From NCBI GenBank assembly GCA_010093815.1, contig ML996566.1: a stretch of 64,000 nt of DNA. One strand, written 5' to 3'. Source of the DNA: Pseudovirgaria hyperparasitica (Eukaryota). Below, in pieces: positions 49,609 through 62,502 of the stretch. The position numbers and the translations under genes were made by a program. Position 1 is the stretch's first letter. The number at the start of each line of letters is the position of its first letter. The notes beneath the pieces were generated by a model, which was given only the letters and a program-made list of their open reading frames with translations, made no database searches and was not told the origin of the DNA.

Positions 49609-50432
49609 AGCGACTGAAACAACGAAAGCATGCACGAGCAACATCCCAGCGTTCACGCACTGGGCCGTGCTTTAATGTCCCTACCATCCGTTACGACCTT
49701 CCATTCTTCCATGTACGTCTCACAGCGGATCAATGACGAAATTCAGTTTCCCGGAGTCATTACACTGGGCTACTGGGGGCCTTCACAAATGGGCAACGAA
49801 AAAAGGCCTGTCTCACACATACAAATTTGACATATCTCTCTCTCTATTCTGCTCTAGCCTCCTCTTCCTCGAATCTTGGTGTCCTCGCGAGGCTGTGGTT
49901 GTACACCCGGGTCTGCTTTCGTGACGCGTTGTTTTTGTTCAGGCGTGGCCTTACCATCATTTTGCCCAAATAGTTCCGCTTTGGTCTCGGTGAAATGCGA
50001 GGCGGACGGAATTGGTGTTGATGGGTAGTTCTCTCGCCATAGACGGGTTAGTTCAAGTAGTTATTTGTGCGTTTTGCTCTGCACTGTGCCCAATGCTGAG
50101 TGCGCCGTGTTTCTCATCGCTTTGCACCGCGACCCTGATCCGCCCAACGTATTCACAGAGACATGGGACTTTACACAACTAAGTGCCGTATATATTTCAG
50201 TTGTAACGGATGCAATAATTAACGCAGCAAATCCATTGGTTCGTTCAAAGCTCAGTTCCGCAATTTCATCCACCTAGCGAGTATCGCCATACATATATAT
50301 TCATGCCTGAAACGTCCTCAACGCCGCTAACATGCATTTCAAATTCCATATAGTCAGGTTTGGGCAATACCATAATATACCCGGCATGTCGATCCTCCAT
50401 AAGTATCCAACCTCTTGGCTTGTTCTTGACAC

Positions 50433-52100
50433 TTAGGCTGGAGCTGGGGCGACAGGGCTAGCGGCAGGTGCTGAAGCTGGTGTCGCAGAGGCAGGTGCCG
50501 ACGAAGTGGCAGCAGCTGCAGCAGGCTGTGGAAGCAATCCCTTCATATGCCAGAGATCAATCAGCGGCTGCATCGGCTCCATCTCCTTGTCGCCCAACAA
50601 GCCAAAGAGCTTTCCGACATTGATAAAGTGGATGAAGCAGGTGTTGAGTTCCTTGTACGCTCCGATGTGCCAGAATGGATCCAGCCAATGGCCGTGGTAC
50701 AAGTGAGCATAGCAGCGCATCATCTGTCTGTAGATGGATTTGATGTCGCCCTCAAAACTCTCTGGAAAGCCAGAGGATTTACCAAGCCAGTCGCGGCCTA
50801 CATCTGCAGGGTTAGCCCGAGGCTGTACACCTGCACCTGCGTTGGCAATATTGCCAGGTGCGAATGTACTACTATAATTCGAGGTCTCGGTCGGGAATAT
50901 GTTTGGGTCGCTGATCTTTCCGATGATCCACTTCTGCACAAGGTTCATGTACTGAATTGCAGGGATTTTAATGGGCTTCTTTTGCTGGTCCAGCCAGGTG
51001 TAGGTGTGACTAAAGCTCGTTAACACGGGGAAGACAACTTGGCATGATGGAAGTGCTCGTACCCAGAGGCTGACATAGTCGGACAGACATTAGGGTTGCA
51101 GATTGGAATACCAGTCCTTTCATCGGCAAGTTTGATGATATCAATCATCTGCTCGAGAAGTCTATACTGTTCAACAACTGTGGACCGATCAGCTATTGTT
51201 CTCCTGGGTATAATTGATGCAAACCTTGATGAGCGAGCCACTCTCCTTCTTCAACAAGGATGGGCTTGGCTGCCAGTGTCATGAAGTTCCCCTTCACGAT
51301 CAAGTTCGAATACTCGTCCCGAAAAAAAAAAGCTGGCTTGTTGCGGGTAGGTGCTTCGGAACCTTGAGCATCAGCAGATAAAGACGACGATAGCGAAGGC
51401 GATTGTGGTACTGCGGGGACCGAAGGGGCCATTGACGAATTTGGACTGTATGGAGTAGGCGACGGTGATTGTTGTCCGTTCTTGTTTTGCTGCTGATTTC
51501 CTTTGTTTGATTGACGACCAAAACCCCGGCTTTCATTGCAGGCGACGTCAGCATACTGGCCATATGAGGGAAGGGTAACGTTGCGAAGACGGTGCATTAG
51601 ACTTTCAGAAGACGGTGTAGGCTCAAGAGGAGATGCAGGCTCGGGAGAGGGAGCCAGCCTTGGGCTGTTGGCTTCAAGCAGCTTCAAGATCTTTCTATGT
51701 GGCTTGCTCCATGACGAGGGCATATTGAAATATTGAAGAGAAGAGTAGAATGAAAGAAGTACAGTCCCTCCTCTGTGACATTGGTGTTGCCCACGTGGAG
51801 AAGCGCAGCAGGTCATTTAAAAGTAGAGGGCAACCCTGGAGCAAAGGGAGCCCTCCAAAGTGGAAGGTATGATCCTTTCCGTGGACATTCTTATGTCAAG
51901 TGGGGCCAGAGTGAATGTATACAAGGCCGTGTATAGAAGGGACAATTTATGGATGTGATGCGCAAGATACAACAAGATGAGTGGGGGACAAGCTTTATGA
52001 GGAGCATTGATTGAGGAAGGCCAAAACATGAGACGCAACGCTAGACAAATATCAATAAGGGGATGTCTACTTACACACTTGAGAAGAACGACGACGCCAT
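50433..52100 (-). CDS. MOB2: Mob2-type NDR/Cbk1 kinase activator (Mob1/phocein family), 4 exons
   Basis: Exon 1 MASSFFSSV (52100-52075) is spliced in phase to RGFGRQ. IVKGNFMTLAAKP, EWLAHQ, CPTMSA, IPAIQY and CYAHLYHGHW...LNTCFIHF. Confidence 0.9.
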
Positions 52101-52626
52101 ACTTGGATGTTCGGTCTTGCGGCGGCGCGTCTACGTATGTACAAGATCCGATAAGAGCAAGCAGACTACGCTTATCAGGAACTCTGGATAGAATAGCCCT
52201 GGAGGAGACCAAACAAGGTGCTAATACTGCGTGGGCGAAGGATGCAGATGGGAAATAGGGAGAGAATAATAGTGGCACAGGGGGTTGTCGTTGCAATTGC
52301 CATTTGCGCTTGCTGTTTCAGCTCAAGGGAGGTTTCAATTATTCCGCAGAAGGCGCTAACCCAATGTGGCTGCTCGCGCGCGCAGTCGGAATTCGAACTT
52401 GACCTCAGCTTGCTTTTACCTCGCGAGCTCTTAAGTATATATAATACTGTCACTCACCTCAACTGCGGAGTCAGCACTTGTCGTGTGTTCAGCTTAAACT
52501 CTACTCCATCTCCCTATCCTCACAACCTCTTTCTCTACGAAGTTGCTGCAAAGCTTTTCCCAGGAATACACTTGCGCGTTCCTCCAACCATCGCGACTAC
52601 CTCGCGTCTACATTCCAGCAGCAGCC

Positions 52627-54170
52627 ATGAGCGACTCCGGAGATAACCATGATCTAGCTCAGTCAGTTGAGGCTGGAAACAATATTGAAGACGGCAATGT
52701 TCAGCAGTCTCACGGGGCTGAAGATGGTACCGCACTGGACAACAGCGAAGACGACATAGGCAACGACGAGGATCTGTTCGGCGATGATGATGATGGGAAC
52801 GACGAAATCGCAGCTTCTTCGTAAGCTCTAATTGAATTCGTATACCACTGTCGGACCTATACTAACCAAAGTCCCAGCAATAACATAGTCGAGACTCAGG
52901 ACGTTGATTCTCCAGACGACGACCTGCACAAATACGCTCGCGGCGGAAGTGAGGAGAGCCCGCAGGATGAAAACGAGGAGATCCAACAAGCAGTCATCGA
53001 ATTGCAACTACCACGCCACAAGATACCAGAGGGCCATGATCAAGAGGTACGTTATGCTCCCTGTAAATTGTATGTCTGTCGGCTCACATTGTATAGCTCT
53101 ACCTCTTGAAAGTTGCCCGCTTCCTTGCAATGCAACATGCTGCTTGGGATCATCTGCGCTTCCAGCCTCCGACGACAGATCACCATTCGGCCGGTCCGCC
53201 TTCGGATACCTTCTCCGCCTACAACACCGCCATGACAACTATACGATGGCGTGTCTCACCTTCGGACAGGAAAGAGCTACAGTCCAACGCACGTCTTTTG
53301 CGGTGGTCGGATGGGTCGTTGACTCTTCAGCTAGCTTCCGATCCGCTGAATCAATACGAGATCGAAGGCAACGCTCTAGCACCTCCACAGCGCAATCCTC
53401 CCAAGCCGACACCTACTAGCCTGAAGGGCATTAAGGGCAAGACAGCAGCAACTGGTTACAACGTCAATCAGGACTCATTTACTTACCTGGTTTCTCCTTA
53501 CTTGTCTCAGGGAGTCATGCGCACGACCAACAAAATCACTGCGGGCCTTACCATCCAACCGACGGCAAACACTGTAGACGAAGCTCGCGAGAAGTTAGAG
53601 AAGAACATCGCAATGCACGGCAAGGGAGAGTTTGGACTTGGTGCCAGCATGAAGGTTGAGAATATCGGAGAAGATCCAGAGATGGAGAAGCGCAGGGCCG
53701 AAGCTGCGGAGAGAGAGAAGACCAAGATGGCGAGGTCTAGAGAGAAGCAGGTCATACGGGAGCAAGAACGCTCAAACCGCCGATTTCAACAGTCTGGTAT
53801 TGGTCGGTCGAATTTGGGCCTGTCGGTTGGTGGACTGGAGGGTGAAGGTCGTTCGAGTGGCAAGGGCGCAAGCCGAGCCAAGCCCAGAAGGAGACGCGAC
53901 GACTACAGCGACGATGAGGAATATGGCGGTCGACGATACACCAAGGAGGACGACTATGACGAGGAAGATGACTTTATCGCAGGCAGTGATGAAGAGGAAG
54001 AGGTCGCCGATGACGATGATCCAGACGATGGTATCATGGATCGAGCCTCGCCGAAAAGGTCGCGTGCCGGCAAGGACCAAGCCGACGATGAAGATGATGA
54101 CGAAGTCACCACAACTTCGAGGCACAAGAGACGGCGCGTAGTGGATGAGGATGATGATGATGATGAGTAG
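52627..54170 (+). CDS. LEO1: Paf1 complex subunit Leo1, 3 exons
   Basis: Acidic N-term with DLFGD. Leo1 domain TIRWR...SNARLLRWSDGSLTLQ. Acidic/basic C-terminus. Introns approx 52822-52878 and 53047-53096. Confidence 0.9.
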
Positions 54171-54784
54171 GAATTGGCAGACGTATTGTAGACCAGGCCA
54201 AGGATCAAATGGGCTTCAGTTGCTCTGAATATTATAGCATAGTACGTATGGCGTTTCGAAATCAGAGTGGGTTGATATTGCCAAGATACCTCGACTATCC
54301 TGCCACAAGTTTGAGTAGGCATCCCGACAGACACGGACATATCTGCTCTTAAGAAGCGGAAGATGCACACTGTACATAACATATCGCGAGATGCAAAACA
54401 TAATGTAAAACATCTGCTGTCGATATTGGGAGCGTCTCCCGCGTGGCGCACATACCTTTGTGCATGTCTTGCCCTGCCCAGCTCTACTATGACGTACGAA
54501 GCGATGTGTAAGTAGGCATTGAATGTAACACACTGTACCACTGGACGACAGTATATGTGAGTAGCATGGAGAAATCCTAGACTGTAGACTACTAAAAGCC
54601 TGAGGTAGGTGGCATTGGGTTGATATTACGACATTATCATTATATATAACATCCATAACATCCACAACATCTCCCCTCTCACCTTCTTCTAGCCTCTTCC
54701 ACTATTCCTCCCCGCGCCCACAAAAGAAAAAAAACTTTTTTCGACCGACAACAACAACCTTACCTTCGGAACCCCCCCCCCCTT

Positions 54785-56588
54785 TCACAAATCCTTTGTC
54801 AACTCCTCGCTCTCACGAATCCACTCCTCCAGCTTGGCCCGATCCCTGGGCACAAAGCGACACTTGAACTTCTTCGGCTCCATGGTCAGACTAGTCGGGA
54901 TCGCATTCGCCTCGAGGCAGTCGAGCACGGGGCGATTCCGCGGATCGACGGCCTCAGACATATCAAACGCACTAATCAGGCGGACAAACGCAGTGTACAG
55001 CTGACGATTAGCAAGATGCGAGCCGATGCACATACGACTGCCCGCACCAAAGCCAAAATGCGGGGTCCCCGCGCCGTCGGGAACATCCATGAAGCGGTCC
55101 GGGTTGAAGACGTACGGGTCTTCAAAGTGAGTGGGGTCGTAGTCGGCGGCGTAGGCGTTCATGTAGAAGGTTGTGTTTGCGGGGATGACGGCGTCGCGCC
55201 AGGTGATGGGTTTTGTGCTGACGCGCGGCAGGCAGATGGGCAGGACGGTCCAGAAGCGGAGGGTTTCCTTGACGAACGCGGTGATGTAGGGGATTTTTTC
55301 CTCGTGCAGGCAGCGGTGCCAGGCGTCGTTGTTGGGATAGGCTTTGCGGATTTCGGCAAGGGCGCGGGCTTGGATGGCCTGGCCCGTTGAGGAGGCGAGG
55401 GTGCCGATGGCCATGATAATGTTGCCTGGTACGGTGTCTAGGCCGGCGGAGACCATAGTGAGGCCGATGGACATGATTTCGGCTATGGTGGGGAGGTTAG
55501 TATGGGGTTGTTGTTAGGGGATAGGATGACGAGGACGTACCGTCGTTGAGCTTGGCTTCGGGATCCTTGATGATGTTCCCGGAGATGCACGGCTTGTCTG
55601 TCCCATTCGCAATGTTTTCTTTAAGCATGCGGAGGAGCTTATTCATGTATTTTGCTCTGCGAGCGCGGTATTCACCGGCGGCGCTGTTCTGGCGGGACCA
55701 GAGTCGCATGAGGGGAATGTAGTCTTGCCAGTTGTTACTAGTAGAGCGGAAGTTTGACACCTCGCGCTCGACGTGCACGATCTCCCTCAGCAGCGTGTCG
55801 TCAATAGTACCTGTGATTCGGAAGCCGTAGTTGAGAGTCAGGCTGGTGTTTAGGGCGAAGCGCTGGAAGTAAGGGTGCGGGTCAATTTCGATGGTACCGC
55901 CCTTGGAGTCCTTCAGCATCTCCTTGATTGAGACAGTAGATTCAAGATCGATGATGGGCATGTATGTCTCGACGGCCGGACGGTTGAGAGCTGTGGCAGC
56001 GGCCCTTCGCCGAGCCTTGCACGACTCGTCCCATGGCGAGGTACCGATTGTGAAGCCCTCCGAGGAGGAGACAACGGTGTGGAAGGTGTGCAACTTCGGC
56101 CGGGAGATGAGAGCAGACTGGTTCGTGATCCACAGGTGTTTGACAGACTCGAAGTCGTTTGCGAAGACGATGCGCTGGTGGTAGGTTAGCCCCTGAGAGC
56201 GCCTCTGCTGCTGAGCATGTCCACAGTCATGGTACAACAACAATAACAGCAGTACAGTAAAGGGGTAGTATAATGCTCTACCAAGCTCTTTTCACGACAT
56301 CTGTTCACGTGCTCACCATATAGACGTCTGCAAATTGAAGGGTGACGTTCGGAGGAGAGGGAAACTTACCTTGTTACCGAGGCGCACCTGGAACACAGGA
56401 CCAAACTTCTCGACCCAGCTCTGTGCAACTTTTGGGTGTGCGGTGCCCATCTGTAGCAGATTTCCAAACAACGGAACACCCGGAATCTCGGGTATGCCCT
56501 TGATCTTGGGCATGTCCGTGTGGTTCACATATCGCCATAGGGCGTATATGACAGCCACAATGGCGAAGCTAGCGACTTCGTAGGCCAT
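54785..56588 (-). CDS. Cytochrome P450 CYP504 family (phenylacetate 2-hydroxylase / 3-hydroxyphenylacetate 6-hydroxylase-like), 3 exons
   Basis: TDMPKIKGIPEIPGVPLFGNL, VVSSSEGFTIGTSPWDESCK, MVSAGLDT, KETLR and heme motif FGFGAGSRMCIG. PhacA and PhacB cannot be distinguished by eye. Confidence 0.92.
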
Positions 56589-57333
56589 GGCGACGAATAC
56601 CTCCAACACTCAGCAAAGAAAAGACAATGGGGCAAAGGCGGAATGAAAGGTGTTAAGGGTGGACAAGGAACCTTGGGGAGGGAGGTCAAGTCGTAGGTTA
56701 GGGGATGCACGAGTACGACGTTAGCACGGAGGAGGAGGCAAGATTCAAGTTGTTATATTTTCTCCGGTAGTGCATCTGTGAATTCTGCGCCAAAGAGCCA
56801 CAGAGTCGAGTGCCGGCACTTTGTAGTGAGAATGGCCGTGAGAATGGCCGTGAGGGTGAAGGAGAACGGAATAATGCGTCCTCGATGGTGTATTATCATC
56901 CATTATTCATTACCTTGGTAAATAGAGGAGGGACAGGGGCTGTGACGTGACAGCGACTGCGCATAGGGGCCTGTCGAATGCGCACCTGCAGCCGCTTCTG
57001 CATTGGGCTTTCCCCGCATGAACGATCGTCGCTGCTGTCATTGCTGTTGTTGTGTCACCGCTTTTCCCCTGTTGCTGTTGGGCGCAATGCGGGGTCGGGC
57101 GAACCTCGGTCTGGGGTTCAACGGTCATCATCCGCACCTCTTGATCAGGCAGGGTAGAGACTGCCCCTATATGGACAGGAAGTGCGAGTGCGGAACCTAC
57201 CCGCATATCGGCAGTTGGTCATGTTGACGACCTGATATCACTACCTGCAGGAGTCCATCGCGCAGCGAATTAGAGTGCAACTCTTCGGTTATGATACACC
57301 TCAACGCGGGAGCCAGGATGCATCGCATCGTGT

Positions 57334-58687
57334 CTACTTTGCAATGCGGATTGCAGCTTCTATCGTCCCGCGACATTCACCAAACCCTACTAGCCCATCT
57401 TGATCCGTCCCACATACTCCGTGTATCGTCACTTCGTCTCCGTCCCGCAGGAACGTTCGCACTTCCATACCCGCCAGTCCAATGTCTTTCTTTCCATTCT
57501 CGTTCTGCTCCAACAGACTGCCTCGAGAATTTACTTCCTTGCCACTGATAGTTCCTGATCCCAGTAGGTCTCCTACTTTCATCGGACATCCTGTTATCGA
57601 GTGGTGTGCCAGCATCTGAGGGAACGAGAACAGAAGGTTTCGAGATGTGGTCTTGGTAATGGTGGTTGTAGTTCCCGAGTCGGCTGTAGCATGTTAGCCG
57701 TCTAGCAAAAAGACTCACGACGCCCTGCCTACTTGTAAGATCCACTTGCAGCTGGATGTCCGGTATGCTGTTTGGATTCTTCTCTTTGAGGTAGGGCAGC
57801 ACTTCGGCATCATTCTCCAGGCCCTTACCGAGGAATGGCGCCAGAGCGTCCATTGTCACAACCCATGGGCTTATCGTTGTTCCAAAGTTCTTCGCGTTGA
57901 ACGGTCCCAAGGGAACGTATTCCCAAGCCTGAATGTCTCTTGCAGACCAGTCGTTCATCAAAACCACTCCAAAAAGGCTATCTTGTGCCTCGTCAATCGG
58001 TATGGGTTCCCCCATCTTGTTGGCCTTGGTGACAAAGGCCCCAAGCTCCAGTTCCATGTCAAGCTTGCGGCATGCTGAAAATACAGGTATCTTTGGGTCT
58101 GCAGCTGGGTTCTCCAGAATCTGACCGTTCGGTCTCCTTATAGGCGTCCCCGATACCACGACCGAGGAAGCTCTGCCATGATAGCCTACTGGCAAGTGTT
58201 TGTAGTTTGGCTGCAGAGCATTTTCTGGCCCTCGAAACATTACGCCTACATTATATGCATGATTCAGGCCAGCGTAGAAGTCTGTGTAGTCTCCTATCTT
58301 AAACGGAAGGTGTGTCTTTACATCTTTCAGGGGTATGAGTGAACTCTTTTGCGCCTCACTATTTAGCTTCAAAACGTCTGGAAAAGTTGTATCTTCGGCG
58401 AACACGGTCTGTATGTATGTACGCACAGTCGCGCGAACAGGTCGGCCAAGGGCGGCAAAGGCATTCAGCGTGGGCTCGGAGAAGACTGCTTGGTGAGCCT
58501 GGATGGAGGAGAGTTTGGAGAAGCCATTGCTGGCCGCGAAGGCTTCGAGATCAAGTGCGTGATCGCCGACCGCGACCGCGACACGGGGTTTCTGCGAGTC
58601 GGTTGTGGAGATGATGCCAAAGGGGATATTTGCGAGGGAGAAGTGTGAGCCGCGAGGAATGCTGAACCAGGATCGAAGGGAGGACAT
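57334..58687 (-). CDS. fahA: Fumarylacetoacetate hydrolase, 2 exons
   Basis: HFSLANIPFG, IGDYTDFY, LPVGYHGRASS, DMELE, NDWSARDIQ, GPFNAKNF, QMLAHH and GDLLGSGTISG. Confidence 0.95.
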
Positions 58688-59244
58688 GCTTAGAGGATGA
58701 GGTGGGAATCAATCCGAGCACCACATCGCAAGTGTAAATTCTGAGTCTGGACAAGCTAAGCAGCGGGAGCTGTATGAGACGACGCGGCAAGCGACGGCGC
58801 GCCACATCGGATTTTACAGGAGACGGGCTAATTCCGCCGTGGGGTCCGGGCCAAAAAAAAGAAAGCGGTTTTCGTCGGCAGGGAATGCAGGGAAACAGGG
58901 CTGGGACCCTCTTTGTCCAACATTCCGAAAGCCGGTGCGGAAGCTTAACGCTGCCTGTCCTCTCTGGCATTATTACGTGTTTGCACAACCTGAGCTGAAG
59001 CGGCTATCCAAGGACAACGTTATAGCAATCATGATAATTACTCCGGACGCTCCCAGGATACCCTCACAAGCCACCTACTACGACCCGAATAAGGCCCTAC
59101 CCTCGAAAACCAAAGCCGATTCCATACAACGCGTCATTCACAACATCATCCGCTCCAGAGACCCTAAAGTCAAGCCGACTCATATCAAACTGACGGTTAG
59201 AAATCTTACTGAGTTTGGGAACCCTGATTACTGCGACGAGCACG
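58688..59244. promoter_or_regulatory. Divergent fahA/hmgA intergenic promoter with several CGG/CCG triplets
   Basis: Head-to-head genes about 560 bp apart. A CGG/CCG-rich stretch at 58795-58940 is compatible with Zn2Cys6 sites (inference). Confidence 0.5.
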
Positions 59245-60645
59245 ATGCCTTCCACTCAATTCGTCATCAAAGAAAAATATCGATACCAGAATGGCTTCAA
59301 CTCTTACCATGAGTACGTCCCGATCGGATGTTAGTCATGTATCCAAGCTTATACCCCTTATAGATCAGAGGCCATAGAGGGTGCTCTTCCGATAGGGACC
59401 AATTCGCCTCAGAAACCTCCGTATGGTCTTTACGCAGAGAAGCTTTCAGGCACAGCCTTCACAGCTCCACGGCACGAGAATCAGCAGTCATGGCTGTACC
59501 GTATACTTCCTGCCTCGAATCACAGTCCTTTCGAACCCCGAGAATCGTCAAGTTCAAAAACAGATCAAGAGCCAAGCGCACAAGAGAAGTTCTTCCAAAT
59601 ACCCAATCAGCTGCGATGGGACCCCTTCGATATGGATGATACCGTAGACTGGGTCAATTCGCTACACCTCGTTGCCGGCGCAGGAGACCCAGTAATGAAG
59701 ACAGGTCTAGGAGTATTTATTTTCGCAGCTGGCAAGGACATGGACTCTCATGAAGCATTCTACTCCGCAGATGGTGACTTCCTCATTGTCCTCCAGCACG
59801 GCGTCCTCGACATCCAGACCGAACTTGGCAGACTTCTCGTACGGCCCAACGAAATCTGCGTTATCCCCCGTGGCATAAGATACCGCGTCACCCTCCCCTC
59901 AGGCCCGGTGCGTGGCTACATCCTCGAACTCTACCAAGGCCACTTCACCCTTCCCGAACTCGGACCAATCGGCAGCAACTGCCTCGCCAACGCGCGCGAT
60001 TTCCAAGCACCCACAGCCTTCTTCGACGAAGACACGTCCTCGTCCTGGACGCTCCTCTCCAAATTTGCAGGCCGCCTCTTCGCCGCAAAGCAGAACCACA
60101 CGCCCTTCGACGTGGTCGCCTGGCACGGACTGTACTATCCGTACAAGTACGACCTGGGCCGCTTCAACACCATCGGCTCCATCTCCTTCGACCACCCTGA
60201 CCCCAGCATCTTCACCGTGCTGACCGCGCAGTCCGACCACCCGGGCACTGCCGTTGCCGACTTTGTCATCTTCCCCCCGCGATGGCTCGTCGGCGAAGAT
60301 ACGTTCCGTCCACCGTGGTACCACCGCAACACCATGTCCGAATTCATGGGCTTAATCGGCGGCCAATACGACGCCAAGGAGGGAGGCGGCTTCCAGCCTG
60401 CTGGCGCATCCCTGCATAACGTCATGAGCGCGCACGGCCCGGACGCGAGCACGCATGAAAAGGCCTCGAATGCAGAGCTCAAGCCCGTCAAGGTGGGCGA
60501 GGGCAGCATGGCGTTCATGTTTGAGAGCGCGCTGATGGTCGGCGTCACGGAGTGGGGTCTGAAGCAGTGCGCAAAGGTCCAGGCGGACTACTCGGAGCAT
60601 AGCTGGGGCGCGCTGAAGCCGCATTTCAAGAGACCAAGCAATTAA
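59245..60645 (+). CDS. hmgA: Homogentisate 1,2-dioxygenase, 2 exons
   Basis: [32 protein letters not shown]...[47 protein letters not shown]. Intron 59313-59363. Confidence 0.96.
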
Positions 60646-61105
60646 CTAAGTAGTAGAGTTTGATATGCGAGAAATGCAGTTGGCGTATGGCTTCTGTATG
60701 AAAATAATAAAAATATGAATGAACGAATGCGGACAGGGCAGATGGCTATCATGGACTGTGGGAATAAGTGGACATCGAATATCAAGCACACCTGTTGTTT
60801 ACAATACAATACGACGATAGAATGTACATTCATATCACAATCCATATTAGCATCCCTGATCTCTATCATGTTCTATCACGACTTGGCACGGCACCTGCAC
60901 CGACACGTCGAGATAAGCATGTTCTCCGAATCGCGTAGCATTTTATTATTCCATGTGTCTTTTTAGTTTACCAGATACTATCTATCTAATATCTGCATAT
61001 TCTCATGCTAGAGATATAGAGTAAACACTAACGACTACTCTTTCTCTGAAATTTTCACTTTCTTAGATTGTTTTTCGTGACTCCTTTATGAGACTTATTC
61101 GCTAC

Positions 61106-62341
61106 CTATGGAATGGGTTCTATCTTCCCACTCTCCGGATTATTTTGATCAAGTCTAAGACCCATACTTTGTGAGAGAGATAGAATACAGTAGGATACTA
61201 TATAGCATTAGTAGACGCTCTATACACCCTGAATGACACTTAAATCCTACCAATACTCATTGTGTTCGTTGACCCTAATAGTGGGTCGCCATATGCTAAT
61301 AAACGAACTCCACTCCAGGTGTAAGTATGATGGAGGGCTATATCACTCTTTAAGTAGGTGTAATATCAGAATAAAGTTATATGGGATCAAGAATGGAACA
61401 CATCTGAACTTACTTGGTTGGCGTAGTGATTCTAGTAGTATCTGTAGGAATAAAGAACTTAAAGTCGATTTGGAGATATGATCCAAGTCCAACTGGTCTA
61501 TCGGGGTAGTCTCAGTCTCTTCCTCGGCCTCTACGCTACCGGGGTAACTACCTGGAACGGAATCTGACGGATCGGAGTCTGACGGATCGGAATCTAAAAG
61601 ATCACTAATGAGACGCCGGGAATCCTTTGGGCGTTTATTCCAGTTATCCCCACACCATGAGATTATGACCCGATGCCTACTGCGCCGTTTTTGGTTGGAA
61701 CGATTGATGAATAATTCCTCATTGTCGTCCCTGCAAAAGAACAGCTCACCTTGGTCCTCTGAACCGGTCACTGGATCCACCCAAGTCTGGAATACTGCTG
61801 GAAGCTCAGAGTTGAGTAGATTGCTGGGAACATGCCCTCCGGGAAATGAGCTTATCTCCTGAGGGGTGAACACACGAGTCGGAGCTAATTGCCAGCGGCT
61901 GTCGTCACAAAAGATGAGAATCTCCGCCATATGCCAGGGAACTTCTGCTAGTGCGGTAATATCACCCAACGTGTACAGCACGTTGTTCCGGATCTCTTCA
62001 CGTCCGTGTACGAAGATCTCGCCCTGGCTCTGAGCCGGTACTCGTCCAAAGATCCAGTTCCATGCAAACCGAAGGTCTCGCGGGGGTCCACGCTGCCTCA
62101 ACAGGCTCTGGTGAGCTAGACGAGCCATCCGTAGGGATTCGTCAAAGGCAGGTCGGTATTCATATCTAGCACATGATGGATGGAAGGCATAAGTTTGGTG
62201 TACTTGCGAGGAAGAATGAAGCGGATTCCCTCGCGAAAGACTAGAAGTATCACCCACCAGCGGACGGACACGTACAGCTGCTAGCGAACGAGAAGTGAAG
62301 AGTGCTATAAGAAGCGTAAGCGAAAGTATGGAAGAAAACAT
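61106..62341 (-). CDS. Secreted protein with degenerate M35/zincin-like C-terminal domain, 3 exons
   Basis: Signal peptide MFSSILSLTLLIALFTSRSLA. Introns 61413-61338 and 61250-61198 are both phase 1 and give an open frame to TAG at 61108-61106. IFCDDSRW and IISWC motifs. Confidence 0.65.
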
Positions 62342-62485
62342 TATACTTAGAAAGAAGTGTATCGTAAAAGCCCTTTTTTTGAGTATAGAAGGGATTATAG
62401 TAAGGTTATAGAATGCCTAGTAAAATTTAAAGCTTTCGAATGTCACTATAGACCATAAATCGCGCATGCTTTGCCTTAGTATTCT

Positions 62486-62502
62486 ATATATATATATATA
62501 TA
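62486..62502. repeat. (TA)n microsatellite
   Basis: Run of TA dinucleotides upstream of the secreted-protein gene. Confidence 0.85.
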
